Part shown: one piece after another, positions 28,383 to 40,932 of the stretch
Layout: each line of letters opens with the position of its first letter
Numbering within the stretch: the first letter of the stretch is position 1
Assembly (NCBI GenBank): GCA_046292385.1
Contig: JBKBRF010000041.1
Location: 1-56,632, forward strand
DNA: 56,632 nucleotides
Direction: 5' to 3'
Source of the DNA: Armatimonadota bacterium
GTDB taxonomy: Bacteria; Armatimonadota; SYMT01
Made by a program: the position numbers and the translations under genes
Notes under the pieces: model-generated
What the model was told of the DNA's origin: nothing
The model's input: only the letters and a program-made list of their open reading frames with translations
Databases searched by the model: none

Positions 28383-28898
28383 GTGATGGCACGCAATCCC
28401 AACCTGGCCCGCCGCCGCGCGGAGGATGCCTACCGGAACCGGACCCTCCATGCGACAGTGGTGAAACGCAGCCGATCCTGCCGGGTAGTCCGGATCAGCG
28501 GCGACCTGGAGGCGTTGCTGGAATTCCGGGTGATGCCATGGGGTCACTGGCTGATCCGGGTCGGCGGCCGCTTCGAGTGCGGCGGGGCATCGGACGCGTG
28601 TGATGTCCCGCTGCTGCTCGATCACCGTTCCGGCGAGAAATGGCACGCTCGGATGCGGGCGCGCGTAGGCCCCGTGCTCGCGCCAGGGGTCACCCATCTC
28701 ACCGTCGTCGTCTCGGGTCAGCGACTCTACGACGAAGCGCCGGAAAGCGTCTACGTGAAGTCGCCGCCCGCGCTCCCGATTCCCTCGTCCCAACCGGCGG
28801 AGGCCGTCTCCCTGCCCTGGGTGGGGCGCGACCCGGGCAAGGTGGAGGAGAGCGCTCTTCCCCGTCCCGCTGCGGGGGCGGAGGAGAGTCCCGAGTGA
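28383..28898 (+). CDS. Hypothetical protein
   Basis: ORF fills the gap and diverges from the previous gene; no motif recognised. Confidence 0.45.
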   Translation: MMARNPNLARRRAEDAYRNRTLHATVVKRSRSCRVVRISGDLEALLEFRVMPWGHWLIRVGGRFECGGASDACDVPLLLDHRSGEKWHARMRARVGPVLAPGVTHLTVVVSGQRLYDEAPESVYVKSPPALPIPSSQPAEAVSLPWVGRDPGKVEESALPRPAAGAEESPE

Positions 28899-28968
28899 TG
28901 CCGCCGGCTGCGAGGCAGGAACCCAATGGTCGCCGGTGATCCCGGCACCGGTACACGAGAGGTACTGG

Positions 28969-29262
28969 ATGGATACGTTCAACCGCCTGCGGCGCCACTT
29001 CGCGCGGGTGCTGGGGATGGACGAGCGCGAGATCGCGCCGGAAACCCCGCTGCGTACGCTCCTCGGCTGGGGCGAGGCAGATGATGCGGAAGACGGGGCG
29101 GTCGACTCGCTCGACCAGGTGGAGCTGACGATGTTCTGCGAGGAACTGGCCGACCAGGGCGGGCTTCGACTTCCGGAAGCCGACCCCGACACCTGGCTCC
29201 GGCTCGTGCGGACCGGCACGCTGCGGGACCTCGCCGACTTCATCGACCGCGGCAGCGCCTGA
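28969..29262 (+). CDS. Acyl-carrier-protein-like protein
   Basis: Acidic 97-aa protein with DSLDQVEL phosphopantetheine-site motif and C-terminal TLRDLADFI. Confidence 0.72.
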   Translation: MDTFNRLRRHFARVLGMDEREIAPETPLRTLLGWGEADDAEDGAVDSLDQVELTMFCEELADQGGLRLPEADPDTWLRLVRTGTLRDLADFIDRGSA

Positions 29263-29297
29263 CCGAGGACGATGGACCGCCATTCGGGCGGTGGTGC

Positions 29298-29990
29298 TCA
29301 GCGTCCGTCGTGATAGTTGGAGCGCGGGTCTGGTTTGACAGGATAGCGGACGTCGAGGATCCGGGTGCCCTCTTTCAGCGCGGTCGCCGCGTCCTCGTTA
29401 GTCAACAATACTCGGGTGCGGACACGGACGCCCGTGGATGAAAGCCACTCGGCCGCAGCGATGTCGTGATCCCCTGCGAGCATTGAGGAGCGGTCCGCCC
29501 GCGTGTCGAAGCACCAGAGATCGCCGGTCCCCACCATCAGAGCACCCATCGAGAGTCCGCCGAGGAGTAGCAGGCGCCGGTTGTCCGGGGACCACTCCAA
29601 GTCGATCAGGCCTTCGAACCGCTCGAGCGGCCGGAGATCGTCCCGCACCTGGACCCGCTCCCCCACCCGCCAGTAGATCAATCGGAAGTATCCCGAACGG
29701 TTCCAGACCCCCGCGCGGTCGTCGACGACGGCGAGGGCGGTGCCGTCCTTCGACCACGCGATCTGCTCCACCTGGGCGATAGTGCGGGTCCAAACCGTGC
29801 GGCCGGTCCGACGGTTGTAGAGCCGAAGACGGGTCTCGGCGTCGCTGATTTTCCGCTGCTCCAGCTCGTACCGGCGCGGCGTGGCCGCATCGCTCGGGAT
29901 GGCCGGGAGCGCTGCCAGTATTCCGAAAAGCAGCACGGAGCGACGGAGCCAGGCGGCTCCAGCCGAAGGAGGTGCGGGCGAGCTCATCAC
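29298..29990 (-). CDS. Secreted protein with PD40/WD40-like repeats
   Basis: Signal peptide; IAWSKDG and LEWSPDN repeats. Confidence 0.65.
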   Translation of the reverse strand: MMSSPAPPSAGAAWLRRSVLLFGILAALPAIPSDAATPRRYELEQRKISDAETRLRLYNRRTGRTVWTRTIAQVEQIAWSKDGTALAVVDDRAGVWNRSGYFRLIYWRVGERVQVRDDLRPLERFEGLIDLEWSPDNRRLLLLGGLSMGALMVGTGDLWCFDTRADRSSMLAGDHDIAAAEWLSSTGVRVRTRVLLTNEDAATALKEGTRILDVRYPVKPDPRSNYHDGR

Positions 29991-30102
29991 GGGGCTCCTC
30001 TCGGGAGACCGGCTCGTCTCCGGGAGTTAGGTGCCCCGCGGAATAGCGGGAGTTCGGCGTCAGGCTGTCAGATCGCGGTAGCGATAGACGGGGGAGGCAT
30101 TC

Positions 30103-30375
30103 TCAATCTGGGGAGGGCGACGAATCTCGCTTCCGAGCGTACTTCCGCTCGAGGATCTCGGCGAATTCCTTTCCCGTATCCCGAGAGTAGCCGCTTCCAT
30201 CGCCAGCGACGCTGCCGATTACATCCGCCCAGCGCTCCGCAATGCTGGGGCCGAGCAGACGGTCGCAGTGCTCCTCTATGGCACGGCGGATCAGCTCCGC
30301 CTCCGGGATCCCGCTCACCTCGGCGGCCTCCGCCAGGCGGGCTTCCTGCTGCTCGTCGAGCTCCACGGTTCTCAT
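30103..30375 (-). CDS. CopG/ribbon-helix-helix protein, antitoxin-like, 90 aa
   Basis: MRTVELDEQQEARLAEAAEVSGIPEAELIRRAIE RHH pattern; GGAGGAG before ATG 30375. Confidence 0.75.
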   Translation of the reverse strand: MRTVELDEQQEARLAEAAEVSGIPEAELIRRAIEEHCDRLLGPSIAERWADVIGSVAGDGSGYSRDTGKEFAEILERKYARKRDSSPSPD

Positions 30376-30439
30376 CTCGGTTACTCCTCCGGGAGAATCG
30401 TACCACGATCCAGCGGGCCTGTCTCTCGCGCGGCTGCGC

Positions 30440-33076
30440 CTAGTCGTCGACGAACGGGTCGCGCTCGTCTTCTTCCTCGCCCGGCTCCTCTTCGTCGTCC
30501 AGGTCGGCGAGGGGGGCGAGCTCCTCTTCGTCCTCGTCATCATCGCCGCTGCCGCGGTCGACCCGGAACGGCGACTCCCGGATGCCCTGGAACATCTCGT
30601 CCAGCGAGGTGCGGCTCATCAGGATCTCGCGCGGCTTGGCGCCGTCGAGGGCGCCGACGATGCAGCGGGCCTCCATCATGTCGACCAGCCGCGCCGCGCG
30701 CGTGTAGCCGATCTTGAACTTGCGCTGGATCATCGAGGTGGAGGCGTGCCCGGTCGTGACCACGAAGCGAGCGGCCGGCTCGAACAGCTCGTCTTCGGAC
30801 TCCTCCGGGCTCGAGACGCCGTAGGCGCCGTGGTCGACCGACAACGCCTCCGCCACGTACTCCGGGCGGCCCTGCTTCTTCAGGTAGGTGACGAGCGCCT
30901 CGACCTCTTCCTCGCGCAGGAAGGCGCCCTGGATGCGGATCGGCTTGGAGGCGTCGATCGGCTTGAAGAGCATGTCGCCCCGGCCGATCAGGTTCTCCGC
31001 GCCCTTGGTGTCAAGGATCGTGCGGCTGTCGATCTGCGAGCTGACGGAGAAGGAGATGCGGGAGGGGACGTTCGCCTTGATCAGGCCGGTGATGACGTCG
31101 ACCGACGGCCGCTGCGTGGCGATCACCAGGTGGATGCCGGTGGCGCGGGCGAGCTGGGCCAGCCGGCAGATCGCCTGCTCCACCTCGGGCCCCTGCTGCA
31201 TCATCAGGTCGGCCAGCTCGTCGATCACCACCACGAGGAACGGCAGCCGCTTCTCCGGCTCCTTCGCCATCTTCTCGTTGTAGTTCTCGATGTTCCGCGT
31301 CATCACGTGGGCGAAGAGATCGTACCGGCGGTCCATCTCCTTCAGCACCCAGCGCAGGATGCCGGCCGCCTGCTTCACGTCCTTCACCACCGGGTGGATC
31401 AGGTGCGGGATGCCGTCGTAGAGCGTCAGCTCGACCCGCTTCGGGTCGATCATAATCATCTTCAGCTCTTCCGGCTTGGCGCGGAAGAGCATGCTGGCGA
31501 TCAGCACGTTGAGACAGACGCTCTTTCCGGAGTTGGTGGCGCCCGCCACCAGCAGGTGCGGCATCTTCGCCAGGTCGGCGCAGCGCACGTTGCCGCCGAC
31601 GTCCTTACCCAGCACGAAGCCGACGCGTGACTTCAGGTCGTTGCACTCATCCGACTCGAGGCACTCCTTCAGCGTCACGACGGAGGGGATCTTCTTCGGG
31701 ACCTCGATGCCGATCGCCGCCTTGCCCGGGATCGGCGCTTCCACGCGCACCGACATCGCCGCCAGCGACATCGCGATGTTGTCCGCCAGGTCGAGGATCT
31801 TCTTGACCCGGATCCCCTCCCCCAGCCGGATCTCGTAGCGCGTGACGGAGGGGCCGTCGGCGATCTCCACCACCTGGGCGTCGATGCGGAACTGGGCGAG
31901 CGTGTTCTCCAGGGTCGAGATGTTCGCCTCCGCTTCCTCGCCGGCCCGCTTGGGGCGCGGGTGCGGCGGATCGAGCAGGTCGAGCGGCGGCATCACGAAG
32001 TCGGGAGTGCTCTCGGAGGCAGCACGAGCGACCACCGTTTCCTCGCCGCGGGAGGCACGGCCGGCCCGGGAAACCTTCGGCCGCGGCGCGGGCGCGGTGT
32101 CGGGCACCGGCTCCTCCACCGGCGCCGAGGCGATGGCGGCCTCCGCGAACGGGAGCGCGAGCAGCTCCGGCTCCTTCTCCTTGCGGGCGGGCCGGCTCTC
32201 CTCGTCCCGCTCGGTGGTGCGGCGCAGCGGCCGGCTCCGCTCCGGCTCCCGGACCCGGCGGGCGGGCGCCGCGGCTTCCGGCTCCTCGTCTTCTTCTCCC
32301 TCCTCATCGTCCTCGTCGTCCCGCAGGTCGAGGAAGAGCGACTGCCGCCGCGGCATCGGGAGTGCCGGCAGCGAGGCGGCCACGTCCCGCGCCTTTTCCC
32401 GCATCGCGCCGGCACTCCGGCGCGCGCCCTCCGCGGCGATCACGGAGCGCTCGTGGACGCGCTCGAAAATGGTCCGCAGGGTCAGCTCCGTGATGAGCAG
32501 CACGGAGGCGAAGCCCACCGCCAGCAGCGTGATGTAGCTCCCCCACCGGCCGAGCGGGGTCATCAGGAACATCACGAGGGCGCCGAAGAGGCCCCCGTCG
32601 GCCCGCTGCACCAGCTCCGCCTCGTGGGCGCGGCCCAGGATCGCGGCGAACCGCGCGCCGGTGGTCGCCCACATACTCGCGTGTTCACTGGAGATCAGGT
32701 GCATCCAGCCGAACAGGAGCGCCAGCAGGCCGGTCACGCCCAGCACCATCTGCAGGTTGGTGGCGCGCCGGTAGTCGAGCGCCATCCCCAGCGCCGTGCC
32801 CAGGAACAGGAGCGGCGCCACCCAGACGCAGTGACCCATCCAGAGCCGGACGAAGTGGACCAGGAACGTGCCGACCACTCCGGCGCTACCCGGCTTCCAG
32901 AGCGAGATCGCCAGCAGCGCCCCGACGAGCCCCATGCCGATCGCCAGGAGGTCCGCCGTGATGCTGCGCTCCGGCTCCCCCCTCCCCACCGCCGTGGGCG
33001 CGGAAAACGGCCGGGGAGGCGGCGAGGAGGTCTTGCTGCGCGTGCGCCGCGCGCGGGGTCGGGTGGTCGTTTCCAT
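30440..33076 (-). CDS. ftsK: DNA translocase FtsK/SpoIIIE
   Basis: N-terminal TM domain, PHLLVAGATNSGKS, VIDELADLM, ATQRPS, gamma domain QRKFKIGYTRAARL. Confidence 0.96.
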   Translation of the reverse strand: METTTRPRARRTRSKTSSPPPRPFSAPTAVGRGEPERSITADLLAIGMGLVGALLAISLWKPGSAGVVGTFLVHFVRLWMGHCVWVAPLLFLGTALGMALDYRRATNLQMVLGVTGLLALLFGWMHLISSEHASMWATTGARFAAILGRAHEAELVQRADGGLFGALVMFLMTPLGRWGSYITLLAVGFASVLLITELTLRTIFERVHERSVIAAEGARRSAGAMREKARDVAASLPALPMPRRQSLFLDLRDDEDDEEGEEDEEPEAAAPARRVREPERSRPLRRTTERDEESRPARKEKEPELLALPFAEAAIASAPVEEPVPDTAPAPRPKVSRAGRASRGEETVVARAASESTPDFVMPPLDLLDPPHPRPKRAGEEAEANISTLENTLAQFRIDAQVVEIADGPSVTRYEIRLGEGIRVKKILDLADNIAMSLAAMSVRVEAPIPGKAAIGIEVPKKIPSVVTLKECLESDECNDLKSRVGFVLGKDVGGNVRCADLAKMPHLLVAGATNSGKSVCLNVLIASMLFRAKPEELKMIMIDPKRVELTLYDGIPHLIHPVVKDVKQAAGILRWVLKEMDRRYDLFAHVMTRNIENYNEKMAKEPEKRLPFLVVVIDELADLMMQQGPEVEQAICRLAQLARATGIHLVIATQRPSVDVITGLIKANVPSRISFSVSSQIDSRTILDTKGAENLIGRGDMLFKPIDASKPIRIQGAFLREEEVEALVTYLKKQGRPEYVAEALSVDHGAYGVSSPEESEDELFEPAARFVVTTGHASTSMIQRKFKIGYTRAARLVDMMEARCIVGALDGAKPREILMSRTSLDEMFQGIRESPFRVDRGSGDDDEDEEELAPLADLDDEEEPGEEEDERDPFVDD

Positions 33077-33225
33077 AACCGTTAGCTGAACCTGCAAACA
33101 GACGAGTGCTACCAGCCTACCAGAAGAGCCCGGCAGCGGCCAATCACGCCGATTCGGATAGTCGGCCCCTCCGCGAGCAGGCGACAGGTCAACTCCGTGG
33201 CGGGATCGGGAGCAGGAGCGGGATA

Positions 33226-33529
33226 TTCACCACAGAGCACACCGAGGACACGGAGAGGAACCGGAACGGGAATTCACCGCGGAGACCGCAAAGGACGCAG
33301 AGAGGGGAACCTGAAGGAGAAACTCCGGGACCGTTATCCGGGACTCGGGAGGCGACGGAGGCCCAAACCTCTACCTCATCCTCTGCGTCCCCTCTGCGCT
33401 CTCCGCGTCCTCTGCGGTGACAAGGACCGGACCGGTGTCGCAGCAGGGACTCGTGAAGCGGCGCAGGCCCCACCCCTCTGGTTACGTCCTCGGCGCCCCC
33501 TCTGTGCGCTCTGTGCGCTCTGTGGTTAA
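33226..33529. repeat. Nested inverted repeats with 9-nt periodic arms (A1 A2 ... B2 B1)
   Basis: A1 33226-33258 and A2 33273-33305 face B2 33391-33420 and B1 33499-33529; units resemble CACAGAG(C/G)(A/G). Confidence 0.8.
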
Positions 33530-33566
33530 ACAGGTTCGGAAGGAACCCCCGCGGCCGCCGCGTGCG

Positions 33567-33595
33567 TTGAATGATCTGGGGCGGGGCGTTAGAAT
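33567..33595 (+). promoter_or_regulatory. Sigma70-type promoter
   Basis: TTGAAT-17 nt-TAGAAT upstream of the gene at 33633. Confidence 0.65.
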
Positions 33596-33632
33596 AGCCT
33601 CGGTTTCCATCCCTTCAAGCGAGGACCCAGAG

Positions 33633-34877
33633 ATGATTGACCCGCGGAGCTTCCCCGGCCGGGGAAAGGTGGCCGTGCTCAAGACCCGCCCGGAGACGGT
33701 GCTCGAAGACTACGCCCACCTGATGGATCTGGCGGGTTACCGGGAGGCGCTCCCCCAGGACAAGGACACCCTCCTCAAGATCAACATCTCCTGGGACACC
33801 TGGTATCCCGCTTGCTCCACGGCGCCGTGGCAGCTCGAAGGGGCGATCCTGAAGCTGAAGGCGGACGGCTACCAGCGTCTGATCGGCGCCCACAATGACA
33901 CGGTGGTGGTCGACGCCTACGTCGGCGAGGTGAACAACAAGCACAAGTACGTCGTGGACAAGCACGGCGTGGAGAACGTGCACCTCTACGAAGAGCCGTA
34001 CAAGTGGGTGAAGTACGAGCCGAAGCAGCCGTTCCTGGTACTGGATAAGATCTTCCCGGAAGGGGTGGAGATCCCGGAAATCTTCCTGGACCGGAACATC
34101 ATCCAGTTCCCCACCGTCAAGACCCACGTCTTCACCACCATCACCGGCGCGATGAAGAACGCGTTCGGCGGCCTGCTCCACCGGAAGCGCCACTGGACCC
34201 ACAGCGTCATCCACGAGACGCTCGTCGACCTGCTCCAGATCCAGCAGGACATCCACTCCGGCCTCTTCGCGGTGATGGACGGCACCTTCGCCGGCGACGG
34301 ACCCGGGCCGCGGGCGATGCGCTGGCACGAGAAGGACATCATCCTCGCCTCCGCGGACCAGGTGGCGATCGACGCGATCTCGGCGAAGCTGCAGGGCTTC
34401 GATCCGATGAGCCTGCCGTTCATCCGGCTGGCGCACGAGCGCGGCTTCGGCGTGGGCGACCCGGAACAGATCGAGATCGTCGGCTACGACATCCGGGAAG
34501 AGCCGGCCTGGAACTTCGTGCAGGAAGACACCTTCGCCAGCAAAGGCCAGAAGCTGATCTACCATGGCCCCCTCAAGCCGCTGGAAGGGCCGCTGCTCCG
34601 CTCCCCTCTCGTGCCGTGGTCGTACTTCGCCAGCAACTTCTACCACAACGTCTACTGGTACCCCGCCAAGGGCCGCGACCGCGTCCTCTCCGCGCTCAAC
34701 ACCAGGTGGGGCCGGATGTTCAAGGAGTACGGCGACGGCACCGTGGTGCTGCCGGGGATGGACCCGAAGGCGGTCAAGGTCGCCGCGGCCGCGGCCGGTG
34801 GGGCGGTCCTGGGCGGGGTGCTGCTGGCCGCCGCGCTGAAGAAGCGCCGCGAGCGGCGGAACCGCGACGACGCCTGA
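33633..34877 (+). CDS. DUF362-domain protein with C-terminal membrane anchor
   Basis: LLKINISW, PTVKTH..TGAMKN.FG, VMDG..AGDGPGP, ILASADQVAIDA; GAGGA before ATG 33633. Confidence 0.85.
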   Translation: MIDPRSFPGRGKVAVLKTRPETVLEDYAHLMDLAGYREALPQDKDTLLKINISWDTWYPACSTAPWQLEGAILKLKADGYQRLIGAHNDTVVVDAYVGEVNNKHKYVVDKHGVENVHLYEEPYKWVKYEPKQPFLVLDKIFPEGVEIPEIFLDRNIIQFPTVKTHVFTTITGAMKNAFGGLLHRKRHWTHSVIHETLVDLLQIQQDIHSGLFAVMDGTFAGDGPGPRAMRWHEKDIILASADQVAIDAISAKLQGFDPMSLPFIRLAHERGFGVGDPEQIEIVGYDIREEPAWNFVQEDTFASKGQKLIYHGPLKPLEGPLLRSPLVPWSYFASNFYHNVYWYPAKGRDRVLSALNTRWGRMFKEYGDGTVVLPGMDPKAVKVAAAAAGGAVLGGVLLAAALKKRRERRNRDDA

Positions 34878-34929
34878 GCCCGGCGTCACCCCCGCTCCGG
34901 CGTGGTAAAATAGCGGTCGCCATGGAACA

Positions 34930-35015
34930 GAACGGGTGAGTGGGAGAGCGGGCGAGCTAGAGAGAGCTCTCACGGAAGCCGGGTCTCTCATTCCCCCACT
35001 CTCCTTTGCTCCCAT
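34930..35015. repeat. About 85-bp octamer-arm element, copy 2 (inverted relative to copy 1)
   Basis: Reverse complement matches 13926-14010. Lies just downstream of a TGgTAAAAT element (34903-34911), in the presumed mfd leader. Confidence 0.85.
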
Positions 35016-35104
35016 TCAAGTCCGTTAGAAGCAATCCGACCGACGTTTGAATAGTGACAGGGCACCTACCTACGTAGGTGCCCCTCGCGTGTTGTACCTG
35101 AACG

Positions 35105-38584
<3,480 letters not shown>

Positions 38585-38608
38585 TCAGAGGTAGAAAAGA
38601 GACCCCGG

Positions 38609-38797
38609 ATGTCCGAAGAGAAGACGCTGACGTGTGATACGTGCGGCAAGACCACCGAGGTGGTCAAGCGCGTGGTGGTTGACTCCGGCTACAACCGCGC
38701 CAACGCCCGCCCGCTCTACAATTGCCCGGACTGCTACGAGAAGAAGCTCCAGTCGCGGTTGGATCAGGAGCCGTCTCCTGCTCCGCCGAAGCCATGA
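38609..38797 (+). CDS. Small putative zinc-binding protein (62 aa)
   Basis: CDTC...CPDC; its stop overlaps the next start (ATGA). Confidence 0.75.
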   Translation: MSEEKTLTCDTCGKTTEVVKRVVVDSGYNRANARPLYNCPDCYEKKLQSRLDQEPSPAPPKP

Positions 38798-39489
38798 CCC
38801 AACGTCAGCCGCTCGCCCTGGTGCGAGCTACCTCGGTCATCCTGCGGGGAGTCTATCGCCTCTTCGGCGGCTTCACGGTCTCCGGACTGGAGCACGTCCC
38901 GGAGAGCGGAGGCGCCATCCTGGCCGGGAATCACCTGAGCTGGGGGGATCCGCCGGCGATCCGCGCGGTCATCCGCCGCCGCCTCTGGTTCATGGCGAAC
39001 GAGTTCCTCTTCCGGGTCCCGGTGCTAGGAAAGCTGATCCCGCTCTACGGCGCGTTTCCGGTCGACCGGGACCGCATGGACCGGGAATCGCTGCGCCGCG
39101 CCGAGCGGCACCTGCAGGACGGCGACCTCCTCTGCATCTTCCCGGAGGGCGGTACCACCCTGACCGGCCGCCTGAGCCCGTTCGAAGGCGGCGCGGCGCT
39201 GCTGGCGATCCGGAACAACGTGCCGATCGTCCCGATGGCGATCACCGGGACCGATCGCGTCTGGCCGATGGGCGGCGAGAACCCCGCCCTCCCCCGCTAC
39301 GCTCGGGGCGGCGTCACCGTCCGGTTCGGCCCCCCGATCCACCCCGAGAGCATTGACGGATCCCTCTCCCGGAAACAACGGCTCGAGCTATTGACCCAGA
39401 AAACGTACGAGGGGGTCGCCGCGCTCCTTCCGCCGGAGTATCTCCCCGAAGAGCCGGTAGCGCTGCGATCGGAAGTCGCGCGAGTGTAG
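38794..39489 (+). CDS. plsC: 1-acyl-sn-glycerol-3-phosphate acyltransferase family
   Basis: NHLSWGD (NHxxxxD), FPVDR, IFPEG, VPIVP. Confidence 0.9.
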   Translation: MTQRQPLALVRATSVILRGVYRLFGGFTVSGLEHVPESGGAILAGNHLSWGDPPAIRAVIRRRLWFMANEFLFRVPVLGKLIPLYGAFPVDRDRMDRESLRRAERHLQDGDLLCIFPEGGTTLTGRLSPFEGGAALLAIRNNVPIVPMAITGTDRVWPMGGENPALPRYARGGVTVRFGPPIHPESIDGSLSRKQRLELLTQKTYEGVAALLPPEYLPEEPVALRSEVARV

Positions 39490-39530
39490 GGTTGTCCTCG
39501 TTATCGGGAGGCGGGGCTCGCCGCCGGGGC

Positions 39531-39650
39531 GCGAGGGAATGAATTCCCTCGCTGAACGGCCTCCGGCCAAGCGTCCTCCGGACGCCCAAACCGGGCCCTC
39601 TCAGTCCGCGAGGGCGGACTTCGTGCCGTGGTTGCCGCGGTTTCAACCGC
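39531..39650. repeat. Cluster of REP-like hairpins between convergent plsC and murB
   Basis: GCGAGGGAAT-GA-ATTCCCTCGC; GCGTCC-TCC-GGACGC; AGTCCGC-GAGG-GCGGACT; GCGGTT-TC-AACCGC. Confidence 0.7.
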
Positions 39651-40662
39651 CGGGCAGCGTCTCCCCCACCTCCGGCGTGGTCTCCTCGCCGATGATGCGG
39701 ACCTCCGTCTCCAGCCAGACGTCGAAGCGGCCCTGGACCTGCTCCCGCACGTGCTGGATCAGCGCCAGCACGTCGGCGGCGCGCGCTTCGCCGCGGTTGA
39801 TGATGAAGCCGGAGTGCTTCTCGGAGACCTGCGCGCCGCCGATGGTGTAGCCCTTCAGGCCGAGCTGCTCCACCATCGGGCCGACGAACTTCCCCGGCGG
39901 GCGCTTGAAGATCGAGCCGGCGCTCGGAAACGCGAGCGGCTGCTTGCTCTCGCGGAGATAGTTGTTGTGCGACATGAGGGCGAGGATCCGCTCCGGGTCC
40001 TCCGGCCGCAGCTCCATCTCGATCTCCGCCACGATCCACGGCTTCGTCTGCAGCACGCTGCGGCGGTAGCCGAAGTCGAGCTCGTCCGGGTAGAGGTCGC
40101 GCAGCTCGCCCTGCTCGTCCACCACGGTCACCCGGGTAACGACCTCCTTCAGCTCGCCTCCGTAGGCGCCGGCGTTCATCATGACGCCGCCGCCGATGGT
40201 GCCCGGGATGCCGACGGAGAACTCCAGGCCGGCCAGGCCGTGGAGCGCCGCCTGCTGCGAGACGGTCCCCAGCCGCGCTCCCGACTGCGCGTAGGCGCGG
40301 GTGCCTTCGAACCGGATCTCCGCCAGGTTCTCGGCCACCTTGAGCACCAGGCCGCGGAGCCCGCCGTCTTTCACCAGCAGGTTGCTGCCGTTGCCGATCG
40401 TCGTGAACCCGAGATCCAGCTCGCGGGCGAGCGAGACGACTCGGGAGAGGTCGGCGATAGAGTGCGGCAGCAGCAGCACGTCGGCCGGACCGCCGATGCG
40501 AAAGCTGGTGTGGCCGGACATCGGCTCGCGCACCAGGATATCGGTGTCCGGCAGCTCCGTCTGCAGGCGCTGCACCAGGCCCGGCGGCAGCCACGCGCAC
40601 GACCGCTCCACGCACTTCCGGACCCGACCGTTCCCTACCGCCATTCGACTACCACCTGCCAT
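39643..40662 (-). CDS. murB: UDP-N-acetylenolpyruvoylglucosamine reductase
   Basis: HTSFRIGGPAD, GNGSNLL, GIPGTIGG..MNAGAYG, SAGSIFK, LETEV; exact start uncertain. Confidence 0.95.
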   Translation of the reverse strand: MAGGSRMAVGNGRVRKCVERSCAWLPPGLVQRLQTELPDTDILVREPMSGHTSFRIGGPADVLLLPHSIADLSRVVSLARELDLGFTTIGNGSNLLVKDGGLRGLVLKVAENLAEIRFEGTRAYAQSGARLGTVSQQAALHGLAGLEFSVGIPGTIGGGVMMNAGAYGGELKEVVTRVTVVDEQGELRDLYPDELDFGYRRSVLQTKPWIVAEIEMELRPEDPERILALMSHNNYLRESKQPLAFPSAGSIFKRPPGKFVGPMVEQLGLKGYTIGGAQVSEKHSGFIINRGEARAADVLALIQHVREQVQGRFDVWLETEVRIIGEETTPEVGETLPGG

Positions 40663-40768
40663 GAAGATTCTGGCGGTATTCTACCCGCCGCCTCGGGTAC
40701 GGACACCGACTCCCCATCGCCGCAGACACCCCGGCTCGAGGTATCGTGGAAGGCTACCGCTCACAGGG

Positions 40769-40888
40769 CCTCACCCCCGGCCCCTCTCCTGAGAGGAGAG
40801 GGGAGCTATCGGTGTAGAGCCAACTTGCTCCCCCTTCCGCTTCAGGGAAGGCTTGTCCCCCGAACGGGGGAGGGCTTGGGGGGTTAGG
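40769..40888. repeat. Inverted REP doublet (CCTCACCCCCGGCCCCTCTCC type)
   Basis: Left unit 40769-40805; inverted right unit 40828-40888, interrupted by an extra mini-hairpin. Confidence 0.7.
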
Positions 40889-40932
40889 CCGCGCCGAGGT
40901 GCCGCCCCCGCTGATCGAACAGCGAAACTCCG

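Noticed and set aside
29995..30066. Integron attC sites around the small accessory genes (also near 26311-26400)
   Set aside because: Only isolated half-motifs, no paired RYYYAAC/GTTRRRY boxes, mixed gene orientation and no integrase.
35015..35100. 6S RNA (TCCGACCGACG and GGGCACC resemble 6S segments)
   Set aside because: No complementary 3' half to form the long rod, and too little space before mfd.
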